Assembly: GCA_039028315.1 (NCBI GenBank) | Contig: JBCCIH010000001.1 | Location: forward strand, 1 to 43,533 | Reading direction: 5' to 3' | Length of the DNA: 43,533 nucleotides | Source: Thermodesulfobacteriota bacterium | GTDB lineage: Bacteria > Desulfobacterota_D > UBA1144 > Nemesobacterales > UBA2774 | Part shown: one piece after another, positions 37,332 through 43,533 of the stretch | Numbering within the stretch: the first letter of the stretch is position 1 | Layout of the letters: each line of letters starts with the position of its first letter | The notes under the pieces: generated by a model | The model's database searches: none | Seen by the model: the letters and a program-made list of their open reading frames with translations, nothing else | What the model was told of the DNA's origin: nothing | Made by a program: the position numbers and the translations under genes

Positions 37332-38726
37332 ATGAATTTAAGTAGAAATTTCTTTGTTATGATGATTATTGCTTTAATTTTATCAGCGCCGCTTAGCCTG
37401 CAAGCTCAAGCACAGGAAAGTGGCGAGGTTAAGAAAGAGCTTAAAGAATTAAAGCAGATGATGAAGCAGATGCAAAATAGAATTGAGGAGCTCGAGGAAA
37501 AGAATGAGAAACTAGAAAAGCAGGCTCAGCAAAGACCATCTCAAGAGACTATTATTGTTGAAGAAGAGACTGATCTGACGATTATTGAAGCCAAGCCAGC
37601 ACAAGCTAGTCAGGGGTTTATTGGCAATGCGCTTAATGCGTTTAATCCTCAAATAAGCGTTATAGGTACTTTCGCCGCTGCATATTATTCTCAGGACGAA
37701 CCTTTTGTATTCGCTGAGGCTGATCCAGAGAATACCGGAGTAAATGTGCAGGAAGTTGAAGTAGGTTTTCAGGGCGTAGTGGATTCATTTTTTAGATTTG
37801 ATATGTTTCTCTCCTTCAGTACAGAAGGTGTGGAGCTAGAAGAAGCATACGGAACCACGCTATTTAGCTTACCGCTGAACTCACAGTTTAGAGTTGGACG
37901 TGCCAGAGCTAAATTTGGTCGAATAAACCAGCAGCACAGGCATAACCAAAATTTTGTAACTCTACCACTACCTGCAGCTCAGTTTCTTGGAGAGCATCTT
38001 AACCCAACCAGCATAGAAGCAAACTTCTTGGTACCACTACCTTGGTACTTAGAGCTTAGCGCATCAGGCGGAAGCCCGGATGTTGAAGTACCAACCTTTG
38101 CTAGGGACGAAGATGCAAACGATCTTGGAAGACTACTATACGTATTCCATATGGCTAATTTCTTTGAACTATCAGAGTCATTTGGAGTCAATCTGGGAGG
38201 CTCGTTTGCAACTGGTGTAAACGGAACAGCCCCTGGAGAGAGATCAAATCTTTATGGAATCGATCTATATGCAAAGTATCGTCCGCTTAAAAATAACCCA
38301 TACCAAGAGATCATGCTACAGTCTGAATTTATGTACCTAGACGCACAGACTCCTGAGGAAACACTTGAGAACTGGGGTTGGTATGCTGAGCTGGTATATC
38401 GTTTCGCAAAAAGATGGAACTCCGGATTTAGATTCGGAATTATCGATACAAACACCCCTGTTACGGAAGAGCCTGAAGAAGGAGATGGCGATGCTTTAGG
38501 CATCTTTAATGTAGCCAGAACCGGGGAAGGCGAGGAAGAAGAAGGTATGTTAGGACTACTTGGCAGAACATACAGAATTTCTCCAATGGTTACATTTAGG
38601 CCAAGTGAGTTTTCGCAAATCAGAGTACAGTACGATTATCTAAACCAAGACTTTGCTGAAAACCAGCATGCCGTTTTCCTTCAATTCCAGTATGCGATTG
38701 GAGCGCATGGGGCACATCCATTCTAA
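37332..38726 (+). CDS. Predicted outer-membrane beta-barrel protein with N-terminal coiled coil
   Basis: 464 aa with a signal peptide ending LQAQA. A heptad-like KKELKELKQMMKQMQNRIEELEEKNEKLEKQ follows, then alternating-hydrophobic strands. The C-terminus is ...VFLQFQYAIGAHGAHPF, with a terminal Phe. Strong GGAGG Shine-Dalgarno. Confidence 0.68.
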   Translation: MNLSRNFFVMMIIALILSAPLSLQAQAQESGEVKKELKELKQMMKQMQNRIEELEEKNEKLEKQAQQRPSQETIIVEEETDLTIIEAKPAQASQGFIGNALNAFNPQISVIGTFAAAYYSQDEPFVFAEADPENTGVNVQEVEVGFQGVVDSFFRFDMFLSFSTEGVELEEAYGTTLFSLPLNSQFRVGRARAKFGRINQQHRHNQNFVTLPLPAAQFLGEHLNPTSIEANFLVPLPWYLELSASGGSPDVEVPTFARDEDANDLGRLLYVFHMANFFELSESFGVNLGGSFATGVNGTAPGERSNLYGIDLYAKYRPLKNNPYQEIMLQSEFMYLDAQTPEETLENWGWYAELVYRFAKRWNSGFRFGIIDTNTPVTEEPEEGDGDALGIFNVARTGEGEEEEGMLGLLGRTYRISPMVTFRPSEFSQIRVQYDYLNQDFAENQHAVFLQFQYAIGAHGAHPF

Positions 38727-38750
38727 TTCCACTAAAAGGAGACAACGATA

Positions 38751-39704
38751 ATGAAAAAACTTCAATCAAAAAATCATTTTATATTAGCAGCAGTCTTTGC
38801 TTTCATGACTATATGTCTTGTAGCACAGAGCGCTGTTGCACAGGTGCAGATTGTTACCTCAGTAACAGATTTAGCAGCAATTGCATCAGAAATTGGCGGG
38901 GATAAGGTGGAAGTAATAAGCCTTGCCAAAGGTTATCAAGATCCCCACTTTGTGGATGCTAAACCCACATTTGTGACTCAATTAAACCAGGCAGATTTGC
39001 TTGTATTTAATGGACTCGAGCTAGAGGTGGGATGGCTCCCTATATTGATTACCGGAGCTAGAAACTCAAATATCACGAGAAGCAATACAGTAGGGCACTA
39101 CGATGCTTCAACTTCAATCCAAAACAAACTTGAAGTTCCTACTACACCCATTGACAGATCAATGGGAGATATACATCCTGGAGGAAATCCTCACTTCATG
39201 CTAGACCCGAGAAATGGAATAGTTGTTGCAAGAGGCATAGCTGCCAGGCTAATAAGACTAGACCCTGAAAATGCAGAGTATTATGAGCAGAATTACAACA
39301 ACTTTAAAGACACGCTCACTTTAAAAATAAGTGAGTGGGATGCTCAGCTCTCAGCATATAAAGGCACTAAAGTAGTTACATACCATAAGAACTGGACTTA
39401 CTTTTTGGATTGGGCCGGATTTATACAGGCTGGAACAATCGAGCCTCTACCAGGCGTTCCCCCAACCCCTTCGCATGTAGCGAATATAATTACGACAATA
39501 GAAGCGCAGAATATTCCTCTAATTATCTCTGCCAACTATTATCCACAGAAGACTCCTCAAATTATTGCTCAGCAAACTGGGGCGACTTCATTAATATTGC
39601 CTTCAATGGTAGGCGGAGAAGAGGGAATTACAACATATGCCGGGCTTTTTGATGTACTTGTAACTGAAATTACATCAGCGCTCAGTTCTAGTGCAGCAAA
39701 CTAA
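38751..39704 (+). CDS. Metal ABC transporter substrate-binding protein (ZnuA/TroA-like, cluster 9)
   Basis: 317 aa with a signal peptide. Contains ...KGYQDPHFVDAKP..., ...DIHPGGNPHFMLDP... and ...YHKNWTYF.... I saw no long His-rich loop. Confidence 0.88.
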   Translation: MKKLQSKNHFILAAVFAFMTICLVAQSAVAQVQIVTSVTDLAAIASEIGGDKVEVISLAKGYQDPHFVDAKPTFVTQLNQADLLVFNGLELEVGWLPILITGARNSNITRSNTVGHYDASTSIQNKLEVPTTPIDRSMGDIHPGGNPHFMLDPRNGIVVARGIAARLIRLDPENAEYYEQNYNNFKDTLTLKISEWDAQLSAYKGTKVVTYHKNWTYFLDWAGFIQAGTIEPLPGVPPTPSHVANIITTIEAQNIPLIISANYYPQKTPQIIAQQTGATSLILPSMVGGEEGITTYAGLFDVLVTEITSALSSSAAN

Positions 39705-40422
39705 TGATATGGAAACACTGGTTAAGCTAGAAAATGTAGTTATTGGTCATGAGAAACACAGACTATTGGATGCAGTTAATCTTGAGATTAAATCTAATCA
39801 GTTCTGGGGAGTTCTTGGTCCAAACGGAAGCGGCAAAACAACACTTCTTAAAACTATATTAGATCTTCTAGCCCCTGTTTCCGGAGATGTGGCTATAAAC
39901 GATGAGATAGTTTTTGGTTACGTACCTCAGAGCGAGAAATTTGATCCCATCTTTCCTATCTCTGTATTTGAGATAGTCTCGATGGGCAGATATAGCAGGC
40001 TCGGACCAGGAAGAAAACTATCCGACGATGATATTAAAATTATTGAAAGATCAATGAAAAGTGCGGGAATAGAGCATCTAAAAACCCGCACTTTCAGATC
40101 TCTTTCCGGTGGAGAAAAGCAGCGCTCACTTCTTGCACGCGCGATAGCGGGTGAGCCAGATTTACTTGTGTTAGATGAGCCAACCGCATCGGTTGATATA
40201 AAAGGCGAAACAGAGATTATGCAGCTTGTCAGAACTATCCAAAGTGAAAGAAAACTCTCAGTTCTCATGGTCAGCCACTTTCTGAACATAGTTTCAGAGT
40301 ACTCAGATCATCTAATCTTGATTGATAAAGACAGTAATATCTTCCAAGCAGGTGACAAAAAAGAGATATTGGAAAAAGAAGATCTAGATAAATTCTTCGG
40401 GCTTAGCTTAAATCTAAATTAA
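39691..40422 (+). CDS. Metal ABC transporter ATP-binding protein (ZnuC-like)
   Basis: Contains GPNGSGKTTLLK, LSGGEKQRSLLARA and LLVLDEPTASVD. The start is either GTG 39691 (14-nt overlap with the upstream gene) or ATG 39709. Confidence 0.92.
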   Translation: MQQTNDMETLVKLENVVIGHEKHRLLDAVNLEIKSNQFWGVLGPNGSGKTTLLKTILDLLAPVSGDVAINDEIVFGYVPQSEKFDPIFPISVFEIVSMGRYSRLGPGRKLSDDDIKIIERSMKSAGIEHLKTRTFRSLSGGEKQRSLLARAIAGEPDLLVLDEPTASVDIKGETEIMQLVRTIQSERKLSVLMVSHFLNIVSEYSDHLILIDKDSNIFQAGDKKEILEKEDLDKFFGLSLNLN

Positions 40423-40434
40423 TCAAACAAACAT

Positions 40435-41286
40435 ATGGAGATATTAAAGCAATTTATTGATAGCTTCTTTTTATGGCGAGACCCTATGATTGTAGGTGCT
40501 TTCACTGGCGCTATCTGCGGATTTTTAGGGGTATACGTAGTACTTAGAAGAATAATATTTGTTAGTGCTACGCTTACGCAAATTGCAAGTTTCGGTGTAG
40601 CTCTATCCTTTTATTTTGAGGCTTTAGGTTTAGCAGTTTTCTCAAGCCTAATTGGACCGTTTGCGCTTTCGCTAATTTTAACCGCCCTTGCAGCAGCATT
40701 TTATGCATTAAAAAGAGAGTTTTCCAGAATAAGCCGCGAAGGCGTAATAGCCTTTGGCTTTTTACTGGCCTCTGGGGGAGTAATTATACTAGGGGATAAA
40801 ATCTCCAGAGGTGCCCATGATATTGCAACAATTCTGTTTGGTAGCGCCGTAGTAGTAGATCCAATGGATGTATATATTATCCCAGGTGTTGCATTATTAG
40901 TATTTATTATCCATTTGATATTTTACAAAGATTTTATATTTGTCTCATTTGATACGGAATCAGCAAAACTTTTTAATTATCCCGTCAGGAGCTTAAACAC
41001 ACTACTTCTAATTACTGTAGCGCTTGTGGTTTCTGTTGCAACTAGAGCCTTGGGAGCTCTACCTGTTTTTGCCCTTTTGGCTCTACCGCCGCTAGCGTCC
41101 CTGCATCTTACTGAAAATTTAAAGCTCGTTTTTATATTCTCTATGATAATTGGAGTCCTCTCAGCAACTCTTGGATACTTTTTCTCTTTTGTTTTATCAA
41201 TCCCGACTGGGGCCTCGATTACGGTATGTGCATCAATGTTCTTTATACTTGCTATATTATGGAGGGAGATTAAAATCTCAATATAA
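40435..41286 (+). CDS. Metal ABC transporter permease (ZnuB-like, ABC-3 family)
   Basis: 283 aa and polytopic, with the typical position and size of ABC-3 permeases. Confidence 0.88.
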   Translation: MEILKQFIDSFFLWRDPMIVGAFTGAICGFLGVYVVLRRIIFVSATLTQIASFGVALSFYFEALGLAVFSSLIGPFALSLILTALAAAFYALKREFSRISREGVIAFGFLLASGGVIILGDKISRGAHDIATILFGSAVVVDPMDVYIIPGVALLVFIIHLIFYKDFIFVSFDTESAKLFNYPVRSLNTLLLITVALVVSVATRALGALPVFALLALPPLASLHLTENLKLVFIFSMIIGVLSATLGYFFSFVLSIPTGASITVCASMFFILAILWREIKISI

Positions 41287-41288
41287 CT

Positions 41289-41789
41289 ATGAATATTAAA
41301 TTATGCACTTTTGTTATTACCTTTATCATTTTAATTAGCGGCTGTGGCCAGTATAAGAAAGTTGCAGATGAACTTTCCTTTCTGCATCCCGACGAATTTC
41401 AGTGCACAGTATTAAGAGTAGATAGCGGAGAGAAATTCCTCTGTGAGCTTCCTGGACTGGACTATGAAAATATTAGGATAGTTGGTATAACTGTTCCAAA
41501 AGATAAAGCCCAAGAAGCTAAGGAATATTGTAAATCCATTTTAAAACGGGGCACACTGATTAAGATAGAGCCTGGAGCTCAGACTAGGGACAGTAACGGT
41601 GATATTCCGGCTTATGTATTTTTACCAGGCAATAGAATGCTTAACCTTCTTCTTGTTGAAAAAGGCTTCGCAGAATTGAACGTGGAAGAAATTACTAAAT
41701 ACAAAGGGCAATTTTTAGAAGTAAGTGAACAGACTGAAACTATTATAATTGAGGAAAATGATAGTATAAGGGACATTATAACTAAGTAA
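41289..41789 (+). CDS. Lipoprotein with staphylococcal-nuclease (SNase/OB) fold, catalytic residues not conserved
   Basis: Lipobox LISGC. The pattern VLRVDSGEKF...IRIVGITVPKD...DSNGDIPAYVFLPGNRMLNLLLVEKGFAEL parallels SNase AIDGDTVKL...FRLLLVDTPE...DKYGRGLAYIY...VNEALVRQGLAKV. It starts 2 nt after the permease stop. Confidence 0.65.
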   Translation: MNIKLCTFVITFIILISGCGQYKKVADELSFLHPDEFQCTVLRVDSGEKFLCELPGLDYENIRIVGITVPKDKAQEAKEYCKSILKRGTLIKIEPGAQTRDSNGDIPAYVFLPGNRMLNLLLVEKGFAELNVEEITKYKGQFLEVSEQTETIIIEENDSIRDIITK

Positions 41790-42042
41790 CATTCTCAAGC
41801 GGTATTGCTTCATCAACTAAAAGTATTGGTATTTCATCCCTTATTGGATAGAGCAGTTTTTTATCATATTTTTGTATCAGCCCGCTTTGAATTTTCTTAT
41901 CAACTTTTTGATTAATTCTATTTAGTAGCTCACCTTTCTCAACCAGGGAATTTATCTTTTCCACAAGTTCAGTATCTGCAACCACCAAGTCTTGTTTCGT
42001 TTCGGGGCAGGCTATGATCTTAAGTAGATCCTCACTAATCAT
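41782..42042 (-). CDS. Trm112/YcaR (UPF0434) family small protein
   Basis: 86 aa. Contains LLKIIACPETKQDL...LYPIRDEIPILLVDEAI. Only one Cys of the usual zinc-ribbon pair is present. Confidence 0.75.
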   Translation of the reverse strand: MISEDLLKIIACPETKQDLVVADTELVEKINSLVEKGELLNRINQKVDKKIQSGLIQKYDKKLLYPIRDEIPILLVDEAIPLENVT

Positions 42043-42148
42043 TTATGTCTCCGTATCAATCAATTTACTCTTAATAAATTTTAATTGGATTAGAACATAT
42101 GATAATTTAGAATACATAACATAACAAATCCTAAAAGGAGTATATAAA

Positions 42149-43003
42149 ATGAGAATACCGATAACATTGTTATTATTTACCATAATTGCACTAGTAGCGA
42201 TTGTTACCGTGGCATGCAAACAAACCCAGGAACCGGCTCAAGATAATCAAGTTGTAGAGGAAACTCAGATATCTGATCAAACCCCGGAGGCTTCTGTGGA
42301 GATAGTAGCTGGAAAAAGATCTCCAGGTTTCTCCGGTGCTAAAGCACGTTTCACCAATCTTACAGATGGCGAAGTTCTAAAGAGCAATGAGCTTTCTGTT
42401 GTAGTAGATGTTGAAAACTACCAGTTAGGAACTCAAACAAATACGCCAAGAGCCAAAGAGATTGCAAATTCTGCTCAAGGACAGCACGCTCATATTATTT
42501 TGGATAATGACCCGTACTTCGCGGATTATGAAGCGGGAGTACCTTTTGATATTGGAACATTAGATGAAGGCGCTCACACCCTGATCGTATTCCCTAGCCG
42601 CTCGTACCATGAAAGTGTAAAGGCGGATGGTTCAATAGATATAGTAAATTTTTATGTTGGAAAGCAACAAGGCGAGTTTATGCTCGATGAGTCTAAGCCG
42701 AACGTTATTTATAGCCGTCCTAAAGGAAAATATGAAGGCAAAGATGCTGAAAAGATTATGCTCGATTTTTATTTGATTAACGCTGAACTTGGAGATGATT
42801 ATCAAGCTAAGTATACAATCCGCAAAGACGAAGCCGATGCTACTGAATACACTATTACTATGACTGAATGGACCCCTGCATTTGTAACAGGACTTACTTC
42901 GGGAGACTATATAATTACTTTACAGCTACTTGACGGGAACGGGAATATTGTGGAAGGCCCGTTTAATAATACAGAAAGGAAAATTACAGTTGCAACTGAG
43001 TAA
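42149..43003 (+). CDS. Secreted or lipid-anchored hypothetical protein with two beta-sandwich-like modules
   Basis: 284 aa. It has a signal peptide with Cys (VTVACKQ) and strand-rich modules. One contains QGQHAHIILDNDPY. Confidence 0.55.
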   Translation: MRIPITLLLFTIIALVAIVTVACKQTQEPAQDNQVVEETQISDQTPEASVEIVAGKRSPGFSGAKARFTNLTDGEVLKSNELSVVVDVENYQLGTQTNTPRAKEIANSAQGQHAHIILDNDPYFADYEAGVPFDIGTLDEGAHTLIVFPSRSYHESVKADGSIDIVNFYVGKQQGEFMLDESKPNVIYSRPKGKYEGKDAEKIMLDFYLINAELGDDYQAKYTIRKDEADATEYTITMTEWTPAFVTGLTSGDYIITLQLLDGNGNIVEGPFNNTERKITVATE

Positions 43004-43024
43004 AAACTGTAAATAGTCAATAAT

Positions 43025-43049
43025 AAAGGGGAGATAAATCTCCCCCTTT
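43025..43049. terminator. Bidirectional-looking terminator hairpin between convergent genes
   Basis: AAAGGGGAGA-TAAA-TCTCCCCCTTT, with T-rich sequence after it (CTTTATT) and A-rich sequence before it. Confidence 0.55.
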
Positions 43050-43137
43050 CTTTATTATCATATTGTTTAAACGCAGTTATTTGTTGCTTTAATCCTTATG
43101 GCATCATTTATTGAGTGATGCTTTTTAAATCTAGATC

Positions 43138-43533
43138 CTATTGGGTAGCATCTAGGTCCGTATCCACGATATCCTGGACGTCCTGCCCCTTGTCCATCAT
43201 CCCCTTAGCGTCCTGACCTTTATCGACCATGTCCTTGGTGCCTTGGGCTTTATCCATCATATCCTGCCCTTGCTGCATGGCGTCTTGGCCCTGTTTCATC
43301 ATGTCCTGCCCTTGCTGCATAGCATCCTGGCTCTTATCCATCATACCCTTGGCTTCTTGCCCTTCGTCCACCACATCCTCGCCTTCTTGCATTGCATCTG
43401 TGGCTTCATCTACAGTATCAACTTGGTCCATCATGTCTTTGGCATCCTGACCTTTATCGACCATGTCCTTAGCATCTTGGCCTGTATCCATAACATCTTT
43501 GCCATCTTGCATTGCATCTGTGGCTTCATCTAC
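43138..43533 (-). CDS. Low-complexity D/M/Q/G/K-rich repeat protein, 5'-partial (runs off the window)
   Basis: The frame stays open past the track Met to the window edge (VDEATDA precedes MQDGKD). A roughly 10-aa periodic motif (K/E)GQDAKDM(V/M)D recurs. A 33-nt DNA segment at 43381-43413 recurs at 43501-43533 with a single mismatch. Confidence 0.6.
   Translation of the reverse strand, partial: VDEATDAMQDGKDVMDTGQDAKDMVDKGQDAKDMMDQVDTVDEATDAMQEGEDVVDEGQEAKGMMDKSQDAMQQGQDMMKQGQDAMQQGQDMMDKAQGTKDMVDKGQDAKGMMDKGQDVQDIVDTDLDATQ

Overview
AT-rich, tightly packed chromosomal segment from a diderm-type bacterium (HtrA, OmpA-like, SPOR and an outer-membrane barrel are present). I count about 50 protein genes and one tRNA-Leu(CAG). 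Most of it is housekeeping: mnmG, a sigma-70 factor, prs-rplY(ctc)-pth-hppA, rpsF-rpsR-rplI, thi4, htrA-ridA, clpS-clpA, tag, a DEAD-box helicase, and a TetR regulator with an acyl-CoA dehydrogenase. I saw no transposase, integrase, phage gene, CRISPR array or recognisable defence gene. The only clearly accessory multi-gene block is 33.9-41.8 kb. It starts with a near-consensus promoter overlapped by a perfect 23-bp palindrome. A Fur-family regulator follows, then a CbiM/Q/O-like ECF importer with no N/K/L partner and an unusual MSHLH N-terminus on the M subunit. A His-rich small membrane protein is translationally coupled to the ATPase. A second block encodes a coiled-coil outer-membrane barrel, a ZnuABC-like importer and a lipoprotein with a nuclease fold but degenerate catalytic residues. 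This composite metal-acquisition island is my best candidate for something not yet described. Other items worth a second look: a 260-aa protein that keeps an archaemetzincin-like Cys motif but lacks HExxH; a Cys-type (yeast-like) THI4 with no TPP riboswitch I could recognise; a promoter-equipped 52-aa hyper-acidic ORF; a PPOX gene whose homology runs upstream of any canonical start codon; and a D/M/Q/G/K-rich repeat protein cut by the window end. All functional calls come from reading the translations and from remembered family motifs. No database search was run.
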